Origin: a virus
Strand: one strand, 5' to 3'
DNA: 64,000 nt
IMG/VR virus record: IMGVR_UViG_3300031787_000075
Location: 1-64,000 of that record
A program made the position numbers and the translations under genes. Below, piece after piece: positions 38,633-48,409 of this stretch; within the stretch, counting starts at the first letter, position 1; every line of letters starts with the position of its first letter. Below the pieces are notes generated by a model that saw only the letters and a program-made list of their open reading frames with translations, had not been told where the DNA came from and ran no database searches.

Positions 38633-38987
38633 AACCTTGGAGCAGGTGTTCCAAGACCTCACAGAATGGCAGATGGCCAAATTTCCAAATCCAAACCTCA
38701 ATGGATTAGTAAATCACATTAGAGAAGAATTGGTAGAGTTTGAGGCAGAAATTCAAGCCCTAACTGCCGAAACCCGAACCAAAGCCGCCACAGAGATTGT
38801 GGATGTAATTATCCTATCGTTTCAAGCACTTAGGGTAGTGTTACAGCCCATTAGTGATGAAACCAACACAGAAATGCTAAAATCGGTACTGGAGGAAAAA
38901 CTATCTGTACTTAAGGATAGGCAATATCCTACCGAGCCCGACCAGGATGGCAAGTTCAAGCATTTAAAAGGAGGTCAAGATGTATAA
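38613..38987 (+). CDS. MazG-like dATP/dGTP pyrophosphohydrolase (DUF550-like)
   Basis: WQ..KF, HIREELVE, EIVDVII, EKL....R.YP......FKH. Confidence 0.7.
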   Translation: MNKTNTRTLEQVFQDLTEWQMAKFPNPNLNGLVNHIREELVEFEAEIQALTAETRTKAATEIVDVIILSFQALRVVLQPISDETNTEMLKSVLEEKLSVLKDRQYPTEPDQDGKFKHLKGGQDV

Positions 38988-39474
38988 CGCAGTACAAGTA
39001 GTTGACGCCATGGACCAGTTCTGTCGACAATGGCTGCCTGATTATTCATTTTCCAGCTCCAACACCTCTTATTTAAAAGCAAAATATAGTGATGGCAAAG
39101 ACTATAGTAATTATGAATATGGCTTTTTTATTAATTTTAACAAGCCAGTAATCGGGGTTGACAAGCAATACCTTCACTTGTCATTTAGCGTATCTCATAT
39201 AGAGGCAGATTTTCGGAATTTCAAAGAGTTTTGGCAAAGGTTTATTGACACCATAGAGCCTTTGATTTACTTGTCACCACTTAGCCCCAAATACGTTGAG
39301 TACAAGATTATGGGCGCAGTTCATGAGGCTGTTAGTACAATAGAATTGTTTGAGAGTATTCGTGACGTTCAAAGGCAGCGTGAAAGATTATATGGTACAG
39401 AACCCTGCCCTATCTGCCACTACCCTAGCAATGGCAAAGGCCATAGATGTATTCTAACCAATGAACAGCTTTAA
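38980..39474 (+). CDS. hypothetical protein with C-terminal Zn-finger-like motif
   Basis: CPIC...H.C at the C-terminus. Confidence 0.55.
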   Translation: MYNAVQVVDAMDQFCRQWLPDYSFSSSNTSYLKAKYSDGKDYSNYEYGFFINFNKPVIGVDKQYLHLSFSVSHIEADFRNFKEFWQRFIDTIEPLIYLSPLSPKYVEYKIMGAVHEAVSTIELFESIRDVQRQRERLYGTEPCPICHYPSNGKGHRCILTNEQL

Positions 39475-39486
39475 TCCATACCGACC

Positions 39487-39741
39487 ATGAGTAAAGTAAC
39501 AATGGAATTATCAGCCACAACAGCTTTGAATATACTAGGCTTTTTAAAAGAATTTGAACAAGAACTTAATTTGCATCCTCTATGTAGATTCATGTTAGAA
39601 AGCTATCAAGAATTTGAGGCAGAGATAAACTCTAAAATGACACAAGAGCAGTTTGAAGATGCCGTAAAGGAAATTAAAATAGCTGTATTAATGGGAAAGG
39701 CTCCAGACAATGCCAAAAGCGGTTCAATATTCAACAAATAA
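39487..39741 (+). CDS. hypothetical protein
   Basis: ORF in the early run. Confidence 0.55.
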   Translation: MSKVTMELSATTALNILGFLKEFEQELNLHPLCRFMLESYQEFEAEINSKMTQEQFEDAVKEIKIAVLMGKAPDNAKSGSIFNK

Positions 39742-39746
39742 AAGTT

Positions 39747-39950
39747 ATGAGCATCGAAGTAACACCAGAGAAGATATTGGCTAGAGCCAAGATTCTTCAT
39801 ATAGATATGCTTGCCGACCAAATAAGAATACGCCAGCATTTGTGCATGAGATTTTTTAAAGAAGAAAAAGATGACGAATTAAAAAGGCAGAGCCAAATTA
39901 AACACCAATTGGTTTGCATATTCTTGGACCGAATCAACAAACTAAATTAA
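39747..39950 (+). CDS. hypothetical protein
   Basis: last ORF before the terminator. Confidence 0.55.
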   Translation: MSIEVTPEKILARAKILHIDMLADQIRIRQHLCMRFFKEEKDDELKRQSQIKHQLVCIFLDRINKLN

Positions 39951-39954
39951 CTTT

Positions 39955-39993
39955 AAAACAAAAGCCCGACTCTTAAATGAATCGGGCTTTTTT
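39955..39993. terminator. bidirectional intrinsic terminator between convergent arms
   Basis: AAAAGCCCGACTC-TTAAAT-GAATCGGGCTTTTTT. Confidence 0.85.
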
Positions 39994-40006
39994 ATTTGCC
40001 TATATC

Positions 40007-40834
40007 CTAGTTTGAGTCACTACTCAACAACAACCTTATAATAGACTTGGTATCATCGGGAAAGTCTTTGCCCAAACACCAGTTCATTAATCCTCTTTGG
40101 TCATAATCTTGGGCATCTACTGGCTTACCCATAAACTTGCCAAACCCCCATGTGGTTACTCCATCTTTGGATCTGAAATTGCCACTAACATCAAGCATAT
40201 CGCCTCCGTATCTTGAAGCCTTGCCATACACCTCCCAAAAGTCCTTAAAAATGTCAGGCTCCGGGAAATCTTTTAGAAATGGGTAATAATTGTATTTCTC
40301 GAAATCAAGGTAAAGCATATCATTAATAGTGGCAGTTAAACTAGCGGTTGCCTCCACATCTACCATGGCATTATGGGCATCTCCATATTTATCCTTGATT
40401 GTTTCCCCAGTAAAGAAAAAGAATGAGGCTTCCAAGGTTCTAGGTGCTAATAGCTTTACTAAGTTACCTGTATCGAATACGTTTCTACCCTTAATCTCGA
40501 AATTTAGTCCGCAACGCTCAAATTCTTTATACAGAAGCTTTAAGTCAAAGCCAATGATATTGAACCCTGCCAATACGGTTTCGGCCTCCATAAAGTCATT
40601 AAAAACGACTTGCGCAAATTCAGAAAATTTAGGCTTGTCTTTAACCATATCGTCTGTGATTTTATGGACCTCGCTTGCCTCTGCACTTATCGGCTTTTCA
40701 GGATTGAAAAACAAATCGTGTCTAAAAATCTCATTAAATCCAGTATCAACTACTAAATAAGATAGCTGTACTATCCTATCGGTTTGGGTGTCTAACCCTG
40801 TTGACTCTATGTCAAAAAATAGAATTTTTCTCAT
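40007..40834 (-). CDS. DEDDh 3'-5' exonuclease (DnaQ-like)
   Basis: FFDIESTGL, AGFNIIGFDL, AHNAMVDV; C-terminal FGKF.GK. Confidence 0.9.
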   Translation of the reverse strand: MRKILFFDIESTGLDTQTDRIVQLSYLVVDTGFNEIFRHDLFFNPEKPISAEASEVHKITDDMVKDKPKFSEFAQVVFNDFMEAETVLAGFNIIGFDLKLLYKEFERCGLNFEIKGRNVFDTGNLVKLLAPRTLEASFFFFTGETIKDKYGDAHNAMVDVEATASLTATINDMLYLDFEKYNYYPFLKDFPEPDIFKDFWEVYGKASRYGGDMLDVSGNFRSKDGVTTWGFGKFMGKPVDAQDYDQRGLMNWCLGKDFPDDTKSIIRLLLSSDSN

Positions 40835-41288
40835 GTTCGTATTGTTGTTTTAAAAATTGTTGATACTCTAGTAAATACTTGGCTCCTGGTCCAAGCTTTA
40901 AAAAATCCATCTTAGTGCCATGGTCGAAACAGCCATGAACATTTGTGTCATAATCGTAGCTTAACAAAACCACGTTAAAATCCTTCTCTCTATATCGGGT
41001 GTGGTTTCTTGTCAATACATGGGCAAAACTGCCGGGAACCATGTTTTTAATCGGCTTATAGGTCACGCAGCACACCCTATATTGCTTTGTGTGTTCATAC
41101 CATTCCTCCATACTCATGTACTCTCTCTTGACAAATTGACTTCCTGGCTTTCTTTCGGTCCAGATCCTTACGAATAAATCCATGAGATTCCTCTCCTTCT
41201 CCACCCTCTTTTTCTTTATAGGGGTCCTTTTTATGGCCTGCTTTAGTTTTTTCGCAGGCATACCTTTCTTTGGATACGGTTTTGCCAT
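40812..41288 (-). CDS. HNH/NinG-like nuclease (putative)
   Basis: CCVT...FAHVL......R....NVVLL......H. Confidence 0.5.
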   Translation of the reverse strand: MAKPYPKKGMPAKKLKQAIKRTPIKKKRVEKERNLMDLFVRIWTERKPGSQFVKREYMSMEEWYEHTKQYRVCCVTYKPIKNMVPGSFAHVLTRNHTRYREKDFNVVLLSYDYDTNVHGCFDHGTKMDFLKLGPGAKYLLEYQQFLKQQYEHEKNSIF

Positions 41289-41947
41289 TACTTTATATCG
41301 TTTAGTTTGTTAAATACATAATCTCCAAACTGCTTTGCCATTGCATTGGCGATACCCTCAAAAAACCTGCTCCTTTTGTGGCCGCCACCATTAATACCCT
41401 TTATTGAATCCGTTAAATACCTTTTCTTGCCCGACTTATCTATATAAACAGGTTCAGGATATTCTGTATGAGTGCCTTGCTCAAACAAATTGGTGTTGGC
41501 GCTATGAACTAATTTAGGCAAATCCTTTAGCCACAAACAAGTTCTTTTTAACTCTCTGTCACCAAAATAATAGGGGTGAATTACTTGGTCATGCTTTCTT
41601 ATGGCAGCATCAGCACACCCCATAGGGTTCTCAATACAAATGTGTGGAATATTTGCCTCCAGTAGTGTTGCGAAAAATGTTAATGCCTCCAACCTCTTAA
41701 AAACCCTGCCTGGTTCATTCCAATACTTCTTGCCCGAAAAAGTTAAATATGTGCATGGTGGATGCCCTATCATAATATCCCAACCATCATTGATAATGTC
41801 TAACACACTACCTTTATAATGATTTCCCGGAACCTCTGTGTCTAAGATATCACAACTCCATGCCTCAAATCCTTGCCTAGCAAAAGCATCTCTAACGATT
41901 CCTGAATACTCACAAGCTACCAAAACCTTTATTTTACCTCTTTCCAT
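41288..41947 (-). CDS. phage-type DNA cytosine methyltransferase
   Basis: VLVACEYSG, SCDI, HPPCTYL, IENP, KRTCLWL, GIANAMA.Q. Confidence 0.8.
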   Translation of the reverse strand: MERGKIKVLVACEYSGIVRDAFARQGFEAWSCDILDTEVPGNHYKGSVLDIINDGWDIMIGHPPCTYLTFSGKKYWNEPGRVFKRLEALTFFATLLEANIPHICIENPMGCADAAIRKHDQVIHPYYFGDRELKRTCLWLKDLPKLVHSANTNLFEQGTHTEYPEPVYIDKSGKKRYLTDSIKGINGGGHKRSRFFEGIANAMAKQFGDYVFNKLNDIK

Positions 41948-41952
41948 TCCAA

Positions 41953-42204
41953 TTAAATAATATAGCCTTTTTTATTTCTTTGAAACATCGGACCTTTTTT
42001 ATCATGTCCTTTGGGAAACATAAGTTTTACATTGCCTAAATCGTAATCGCTTTCTAACAATCCTCTATCGTTTCTTGGTTTAATACTTCTTTCTTGTCTG
42101 ATTATACATCTTTCTCCCAAATAGTCCGTTAACAAGAAAGGACTGGTTTCAACGCAATGAATGCGCTCTGGCAGGTTTAAGTGGCTGTTGTTGTCTGTGT
42201 TCAT
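41953..42204 (-). CDS. hypothetical protein
   Basis: ORF in the operon. Confidence 0.5.
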   Translation of the reverse strand: MNTDNNSHLNLPERIHCVETSPFLLTDYLGERCIIRQERSIKPRNDRGLLESDYDLGNVKLMFPKGHDKKGPMFQRNKKGYII

Positions 42205-42251
42205 AAATTTGGTTAATTAAAGGGCAGAGAAACTCCCTGCCCAGTGAAAAA

Positions 42252-42755
42252 TTAGTCTAGGATAATCCAATCTTCTGCTAGGGTGTCGCTTCCTGATGGT
42301 GTCCAAGTGGCAATATCTTCTTGGGCTGTTTTTAATGCCCAATAAGCACGATAGGGAACCATTGCGTTTTCTCCAAAGTGTGCTTTCGCTGCACCTGTTT
42401 GAGCGGGGTAACTTGCGGCAGGTACAATGTAGGCGAACATTCCACTTCCGTTCCAACCCAACCTTGCTACTCTCTTACCAGCTTTTGCGGCTTCGGTAGC
42501 GTGTCCAAAGGTTAAATGACCATTGGTTCTGTAACTTTCATCAAATGCTTTGGCAGGACTCCAAGAAATGTAATCATCGCTGTAAGCAACGACATAGCCA
42601 ATTTCGGTAGGGTCTTCATCGTCTGGCACTGACCAACCCTTAAGGTTGCAGTAATCTACTTTCGACATTGGCGCGGCATGGATAGTCTTTGTACCCATGT
42701 GCATTTGTAAGCTGATTTTAGAGCCTTCTTGTGGCCCATCTATAATTTTTGTCAT
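42252..42755 (-). CDS. DUF2829 / Tad2-like nucleotide-sponge anti-defence protein with extra N-terminal domain
   Basis: TFGHATEAAKAGKRVARLGWNG...WTPSGSDTLAEDW; N-terminal GTK...GY.V.Y...YISWSP..F..SY. Confidence 0.8.
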   Translation of the reverse strand: MTKIIDGPQEGSKISLQMHMGTKTIHAAPMSKVDYCNLKGWSVPDDEDPTEIGYVVAYSDDYISWSPAKAFDESYRTNGHLTFGHATEAAKAGKRVARLGWNGSGMFAYIVPAASYPAQTGAAKAHFGENAMVPYRAYWALKTAQEDIATWTPSGSDTLAEDWIILD

Positions 42756-42786
42756 AATTTATTGTGTTCAGATTCCTGTTCCCGAT

Positions 42787-43527
42787 TTATAGTTTTTGCA
42801 AGAATTTATGTAGAGCCATGTTCCAACGTGCATCTTCTAAGGCATTATGCTCTTTAGTTATTTTTGGGTAGTTGGGCAAATCTTTAATTGATTTTATAGT
42901 CTTTCCTGCTTCCGACAAAATTCTAAGTTGGTAATCTGTTCTTCTCAATGAACTATAATAGTTTTCAATTTCGTCAAATTTTTGCTTCAAGTCAATACAA
43001 TACTTTGGAAACCCTTTTGGCAGGTCCAGCATCTTGCCAAACAGCCAACAAAAAACCACCCAATCATAGTCTGCATAGTAGCCGTAAAACTTAGGTTCGC
43101 TCTTGTAAGTATCATTGTACTTATCTTCTGTAGATTGATTATAAACAAATTCTTTAATTTCAATTGCTATTTCAGCATTGGTTTTGCCAAAGCTATTTAG
43201 CAGCATTTTCATACTTCCGTAGTTAAACTCTACTCTATTTCTTGCATCTCCATGAACCAACTCTGTGTAAATTTTGACAAGGACATTCTCTCTTATCCAA
43301 TACACTTTCTTCATGCCTCCGTTGTCAATGTCTGGTTTAAGGTCATACCTATTCCAAGCCTCACGCAAGTTAAAATCTTTTGATATAGCATAATACGCTC
43401 TGCCATCTTCTGCCACAATACCTATACTAATTAGGTCAATGGTAGGTTTGGTTTTTCCAAATGGTATTCCCAGAATACGTTTGGTTTGTGTTCCTTCTAG
43501 GAACTCTGTGTCTATATAGTAATTCAT
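42787..43527 (-). CDS. 3'-5' exoribonuclease-like (Rv2179c/DUF5051)
   Basis: YIDTEF, DLISIGIVAEDG, YYADYDWV, HNALEDARWN. Confidence 0.85.
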   Translation of the reverse strand: MNYYIDTEFLEGTQTKRILGIPFGKTKPTIDLISIGIVAEDGRAYYAISKDFNLREAWNRYDLKPDIDNGGMKKVYWIRENVLVKIYTELVHGDARNRVEFNYGSMKMLLNSFGKTNAEIAIEIKEFVYNQSTEDKYNDTYKSEPKFYGYYADYDWVVFCWLFGKMLDLPKGFPKYCIDLKQKFDEIENYYSSLRRTDYQLRILSEAGKTIKSIKDLPNYPKITKEHNALEDARWNMALHKFLQKL

Positions 43528-43533
43528 GCTTGT

Positions 43534-43782
43534 TTACATATTTTGGTCCAACAGCCTATTGATAGCTAACCAGGTTTCCTTGTCTTTAAAGTAAATCTCC
43601 ATGGTTGTAGCACCTCCTTTTTCGTTCATGAGGTAAATGTCCATGCCGTACAGATTGGTATCGTCTTTATAGAAATAATACCCCTTAAAATCTATTTGGT
43701 TGAAGGTAAACATCACATATCCGTTGACATAAACCTTGATACGACCATTGTAGGTCTTGAATACATATTTTTTCTTGTTCAT
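43534..43782 (-). CDS. hypothetical protein
   Basis: ORF in the operon. Confidence 0.6.
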   Translation of the reverse strand: MNKKKYVFKTYNGRIKVYVNGYVMFTFNQIDFKGYYFYKDDTNLYGMDIYLMNEKGGATTMEIYFKDKETWLAINRLLDQNM

Positions 43783-43785
43783 GAT

Positions 43786-44037
43786 TTAGAATTTTAAATG
43801 GTTTTCTTTGGGTACGCCTCTTCTGTCGTATGCAGGAATAAGTCTAACACCGCCATCGTTATGGATAATGAACATATATTGGGAGTTGTTATACATCAAC
43901 TCTTGAATATGCCTAATAATATGATTGCCTCGGTCTATCCTTTGTTTTAACTCCGAAATTTCCTTTTCTTTCTGATTGGCTAAGCTACTTGTGTATTTTA
44001 GCTTAAACATCAAGTTATTGTGCTTTCTTATGCTCAT
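43786..44037 (-). CDS. hypothetical protein
   Basis: ORF in the operon. Confidence 0.55.
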   Translation of the reverse strand: MSIRKHNNLMFKLKYTSSLANQKEKEISELKQRIDRGNHIIRHIQELMYNNSQYMFIIHNDGGVRLIPAYDRRGVPKENHLKF

Positions 44038-44038
44038 T

Positions 44039-44344
44039 TTACACCTCCTCTATTTGTAGCCCCCAAAATCTATGCGTTTCACTTTGTGTCATAAACGATT
44101 GAAACGATTTGAAGGCAAAGTTGTATTTTAAATTTTCAAAGTTTTTAGGGTCTGTTTCTGCAAAAAACATCATGTAGTATATAAATGCTGCCATGTCTTT
44201 AGTTTTTGCCTCGATAATCTTTTCAGGGAAAATGTCTGGATGCCCATCCATACCGCTTGCCAAATAAAAATAAGATATTTTAAACCGCTTAAGCTTAGCC
44301 TGATGTTTTTCAAGAGTGTCTTTGTATTTTTCTGTTCTATCCAT
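44039..44344 (-). CDS. hypothetical protein
   Basis: ORF in the operon. Confidence 0.55.
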   Translation of the reverse strand: MDRTEKYKDTLEKHQAKLKRFKISYFYLASGMDGHPDIFPEKIIEAKTKDMAAFIYYMMFFAETDPKNFENLKYNFAFKSFQSFMTQSETHRFWGLQIEEV

Positions 44345-44355
44345 TTTATTTCCTA

Positions 44356-44547
44356 CTATTCTGTTTGTCCGTTAAGCATTTTTAAGTGATTGCCTGACAA
44401 TACACCCTTGTTTTCAATCTCAATCTTCCTATCCCTGGCATAGATTACCATTTCTCCAATATCCTTGAATGTTTTTCTAAAGCTGTTGTTATCGCTGTCC
44501 TCCAATACACAGGTGGCGCCCACGATTTTGATTTTTGCCTTTTTCAT
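44356..44547 (-). CDS. hypothetical protein
   Basis: TAATG-coupled to the helicase gene. Confidence 0.55.
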   Translation of the reverse strand: MKKAKIKIVGATCVLEDSDNNSFRKTFKDIGEMVIYARDRKIEIENKGVLSGNHLKMLNGQTE

Positions 44548-45977
44548 TATTTATTAACTATTAGTTTACAGAATTTACTCGCTCTTGTGATTGAGGTGTA
44601 TAAAATACGATTTCTTTCCTCTAGGTTAGGATTTCTTACTATATCCGCAACATCCACATATACTCTTTCGTATGTGCTGCCTTGGCTTTTATGTGCTGTA
44701 ATAGCATAGGCGTAGCTGTAATCGATGAAAAAGTCTTTGGCTTTATAAAATTGCATCCAAAACCATTTTCTCTTTATTGGAGGCGCAAACTTGGCTGAAT
44801 TAACCAATGAGTTTAATATCTTCTTGTAGGCATCCTTTTGGTCTTCCCTCAAAATATGTATATCCATCTCCACGTCTTTATTGGCATCAAAATCAAAGTA
44901 TTTAACCTTGGTTTCATAGCCCCAAACCTCTGTTTCGATATGCTCATTAGTAGAAAATGCCTTTTCCTTGAAACTTAAAACCATCATTTCTGTGTTAGAG
45001 TTCAACAATATTTTCTCTCCCTCCATTACTGGCTTATTGTTGATAATCAACTCGCCTTCAATTAGCTGTTTTAAGTCTATGCTAGGCAGCTTATGGTAAA
45101 ATCCCCTTATAATCCTGTTCCAAGAATCTACCTGAACATTTCTGTAAGCTATTACCTTGGCGTATTCAGAATTTGATTTTATTTCTTCGCCACCAAAAAC
45201 TCGTTTAACCTCATTCTTTAAAGTTTCCTTACTCTCAATAAAGGCAGTGTTTATTACCTCTAAGTCGTTTTCGGAATTGAACTGGTTAAAATCTATGTAG
45301 CTGCTATTAATATTCTCTCTGACATATATAGAGCTGGAAAGTATTTTACTTTCATCTGCCTGCCTCATAATCTTAGTTAACTCCAATACCTCAATGCCGT
45401 AAAAATCGGGCCTTATAAATGGCTCACAATCCACCTTACCAACTGGAGGAATCTGTTTAGGATCTCCCATGAAAATTATTTTAATGATGTGGCTGCCCCC
45501 AAACCTATGGTTAGAACTATTCTTCTTTGGGTCAATAGCCTCCAATAAGTCGTAAAACAATTCATCATTAAGCATTGAAACCTCGTCAATAACTACAATG
45601 TCGTAATTGCCAATCTCAACATTTTTTCCCGGCAGAAACAATTCGTTGCCATCATCGTCATAGCTAACCTTTACCCCTAATAATTTGTGAATGGTGGAAA
45701 AGTCTAATATGTCTTTAGCTTCCTCTGGAGTCGATTTCTTTAAAACCGTAACAGCTTTATTGGTTGGTGCTGTCAAACATATCTTTTTCCTCTTATTCTT
45801 ATTTTTAAAGTATTGAAGGCATCTAACAATGGTATATGTCTTACCTGTGCCTGCAAACCCCTTTAAGCATATCAACTGCCTGTTAGGGTCTTCCAAAAAT
45901 TCAACTAGGCCATTGAAAGCCTTATTTTGGTCCTCATTTAAACCACCGCTATAATCCTCTTTATTCACCTCTTTCAT
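44547..45977 (-). CDS. SF1B helicase (Dda/RecD-like)
   Basis: GFAGTGKT, APTNKA, IDEVSM, GDPKQIPPV, RQ, TAHKSQGS, YTSITRA. Confidence 0.93.
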   Translation of the reverse strand: MKEVNKEDYSGGLNEDQNKAFNGLVEFLEDPNRQLICLKGFAGTGKTYTIVRCLQYFKNKNKRKKICLTAPTNKAVTVLKKSTPEEAKDILDFSTIHKLLGVKVSYDDDGNELFLPGKNVEIGNYDIVVIDEVSMLNDELFYDLLEAIDPKKNSSNHRFGGSHIIKIIFMGDPKQIPPVGKVDCEPFIRPDFYGIEVLELTKIMRQADESKILSSSIYVRENINSSYIDFNQFNSENDLEVINTAFIESKETLKNEVKRVFGGEEIKSNSEYAKVIAYRNVQVDSWNRIIRGFYHKLPSIDLKQLIEGELIINNKPVMEGEKILLNSNTEMMVLSFKEKAFSTNEHIETEVWGYETKVKYFDFDANKDVEMDIHILREDQKDAYKKILNSLVNSAKFAPPIKRKWFWMQFYKAKDFFIDYSYAYAITAHKSQGSTYERVYVDVADIVRNPNLEERNRILYTSITRASKFCKLIVNK

Positions 45978-45992
45978 TTCTGTACTAAATTA

Positions 45993-46018
45993 GATAGGGG
46001 AGCATGAACTCCCCTATT
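45993..46018. terminator. hairpin (terminator or processing site) between recombinase and helicase genes
   Basis: ATAGGGGAG-CATGAA-CTCCCCTAT. Confidence 0.5.
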
Positions 46019-46019
46019 T

Positions 46020-47327
46020 TTATGAATTAATAAACCTTTCTACAATTACAGATGGAGCGTTGTCCAAAAAGTCTTGGAAATCTTTGTAGCCATTAGTTAT
46101 GGCAAAGGTTTCCCCAACAACGCTGTCCTTGCCTGCCTTAGAAATTAACTCCAATACATAGCCGCTACCATCAAAATCCCTTGGCGCTTCCGGAATGGCC
46201 ATTTCAGATGTTTGAGGAATTTCACTTGCTTCTGCAGGCACTTTTTGTTCTAATTCAGGAAACACAACCTGCCCAAAATGGTCTAAGCATAAAGCCTTGT
46301 ATCCGCTGCCATTTGGCTTCATATACATTAGAATGATGCCCGCAATCCTTAACGTGGATTTTGTTTTGGTAAACTCCAAAAAATTTGTAAGGCTGTCAAA
46401 ACCTTGTTTCTTAAACTCTTGGTTTAGGTAGTCTAAAACAGCATCCTTGTTTTTTGAAATAAATTCTACAACGCTTTCATCAGTCAATGCCTCTAGCTTG
46501 TTTTCAAATGATGGCTCCTGAATTTTGGTTTCAACAACCTTTGGTTCCTGGACCGGAGGCGCTACCTCTTCTTTTTTAGGTTCAGTCTTTTTTTCTGCGG
46601 CAGTAGCGGTCCTGCTTCTAGAAGCACTTTTTAAAGCTGCATCCTCCATTTTCTCTTGAACACTTAAATCGGCATTGGTGGATACTTGAACGCCTGTATT
46701 AGTAACAGCTTCCACTTTCAGGCTTTCTTTGCCATAATCTTCTGCCTCCTCTAGCGTAACCATACCTTGTAAAACATCAGGAAAAAGGTCACGACATAGG
46801 AAGCCTAGCGCCCTGTACTTTAACATTCTCTTAGGGTACTTGTACCATGCAGAATACTTTAGATTTCCGTTTCTGCTTGCGGCTTCATCAGTAATCCAAA
46901 GCCCTGCTCTTTTAGCCTCTAAAATAGTGAAAGTGGCAGTCTTAGTTTCCTTGGTGTCTTTTCTTGAAGCTGTAATTTTAAAGCCAAAATTATCTCCTTG
47001 GCCAACCTCTTCTTCCACCCACTTGTCACATAGGCCCGAAGACATAATTAACGCCTTGGCTCCATCTCCTTTAATTGACAAGGTATTGTTTACTGGAACA
47101 ATTTGTTGAATGGCTTGAAGGTCTGACATACCAACTTCTTTTCCCATTTGAATAACCAATAAACAGGCTTGTGCAGAACCATCTTTTGGTTTTCCATTTT
47201 CGTAATAATGCTTTGGAAGCATACCCGACTTTACTAATCCTTCTGCATACACTAATGCAGATTTTAGGCTCTCTAAAGCCTTCTCTACAAACCCTAATTG
47301 GGGCTTACTTGATTTTGCTAACTCCAT
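46020..47327 (-). CDS. RecT/Redbeta-like single-strand annealing protein
   Basis: G.EVG.....AIQ.I..VN, EAKRAGLW, WYKYPKRMLKYRA...RDLFPDVLQG....EEA. Confidence 0.85.
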   Translation of the reverse strand: MELAKSSKPQLGFVEKALESLKSALVYAEGLVKSGMLPKHYYENGKPKDGSAQACLLVIQMGKEVGMSDLQAIQQIVPVNNTLSIKGDGAKALIMSSGLCDKWVEEEVGQGDNFGFKITASRKDTKETKTATFTILEAKRAGLWITDEAASRNGNLKYSAWYKYPKRMLKYRALGFLCRDLFPDVLQGMVTLEEAEDYGKESLKVEAVTNTGVQVSTNADLSVQEKMEDAALKSASRSRTATAAEKKTEPKKEEVAPPVQEPKVVETKIQEPSFENKLEALTDESVVEFISKNKDAVLDYLNQEFKKQGFDSLTNFLEFTKTKSTLRIAGIILMYMKPNGSGYKALCLDHFGQVVFPELEQKVPAEASEIPQTSEMAIPEAPRDFDGSGYVLELISKAGKDSVVGETFAITNGYKDFQDFLDNAPSVIVERFINS

Positions 47328-47625
47328 GTTTTTTATTTAAAATTTTCTTGTTTTTCTTGCTTGCAATGACAATTCCTTTTCTTACCACATACTGATTTAG
47401 TAGTCCTTGGCTCAAATACGCCTTAATTCTTTCTCCAGTATCCATTTTGGTTGACTTGTCTTTGTCAACCATTATGTACTTACCAGATCCAATATACATT
47501 AAATCGTTTTTGCCTGACACCACTAAATCACCTAACTGTCGGTCTTTATGGAAAGGCATATCAATTTTGATAATAGGCTTCCTGCTGAAAGTTCTAATAC
47601 CCCAAAACCAAATCCTTTTTATCAT
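47305..47625 (-). CDS. hypothetical protein
   Basis: coupled ORF. Confidence 0.5.
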   Translation of the reverse strand: MIKRIWFWGIRTFSRKPIIKIDMPFHKDRQLGDLVVSGKNDLMYIGSGKYIMVDKDKSTKMDTGERIKAYLSQGLLNQYVVRKGIVIASKKNKKILNKKHGVSKIK

Positions 47626-47921
47626 AGCTGTGTTAATGATTGGCCTTGGAAACTCATATACACTTTACCCTCCTTTGAACTGCCTCTATAAGTAACCGTA
47701 ACCATGTAGTTCTTACCAGCTTTTACCATGGCAGGAATGTGAGAGTTTTGGCCAACGAAATCTACGGCCACAAATTGAAATCGGTCTTTTTCAGGAACCC
47801 TAAAAATAACCTTTCTTAAAGGAATACTTGTTTGTCTTCCAATATCCTTTAAATCATCTACTGATACGGCTTCTGCCACAAAACTAAAACTATCGTTTGC
47901 TAAATTTACTTGTTGATTCAT
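47622..47921 (-). CDS. OB-fold protein, DUF3127-like
   Basis: RKVIF......QFVAVDF...G....V....RG....GKVY.S; ATG 47921. Confidence 0.55.
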   Translation of the reverse strand: MNQQVNLANDSFSFVAEAVSVDDLKDIGRQTSIPLRKVIFRVPEKDRFQFVAVDFVGQNSHIPAMVKAGKNYMVTVTYRGSSKEGKVYMSFQGQSLTQL

Positions 47922-47956
47922 ATTACAAAAATATAGGTTTTTACAATATTTCAAAA

Positions 47957-48409
47957 TTAAAATGGCAAATCATCTTCCGGTTCTGAATTTGGAACCAATG
48001 ATGGCTGTGTTGTTGGATTATCAACCACATATTCAGAAGCCTTATTTTCTTGCTGTGGCTTTTGAGAATCGTCTTTCTTGCTGTCTAGCAATAAGATTTC
48101 TGAAACCCTTAACTCTAAAATAGCCTCTGCAACATTGTTTTTATTCATGTACGCTCTGGCAGAAGCTTTGCCCTCAACCATTACATGAGTGCCTTTTTTT
48201 AGAAACTGCGTTATGGCTTGACTCTCATTTTGACCAAAAAACTTAGAGCAACTAACCCAAGTGGTTTGCTGCTTTTTCTCTCCAGTCTTTGAATCCTTCC
48301 ACACCTCTGTTGTGGCAACACTAAAGTTTAGGACCACACTTCCGCTTGTTAGCGTTTTTAGGTCGGCATCACCTCCAAGGTGGCCAACAATTCTTAATAC
48401 ATTTCTCAT
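47957..48409 (-). CDS. ssb: single-stranded DNA-binding protein
   Basis: IVGHLGGDA, FSVATT..W, LKKGT.V.VEG, C-terminal EDDLPF. Confidence 0.93.
   Translation of the reverse strand: MRNVLRIVGHLGGDADLKTLTSGSVVLNFSVATTEVWKDSKTGEKKQQTTWVSCSKFFGQNESQAITQFLKKGTHVMVEGKASARAYMNKNNVAEAILELRVSEILLLDSKKDDSQKPQQENKASEYVVDNPTTQPSLVPNSEPEDDLPF

Noticed and set aside
38613-38987. DUF550/MazZ-like enzyme as a sign of a 2-aminoadenine (Z) genome
   Set aside because: No PurZ, DatZ or dedicated polymerase recognised in the window
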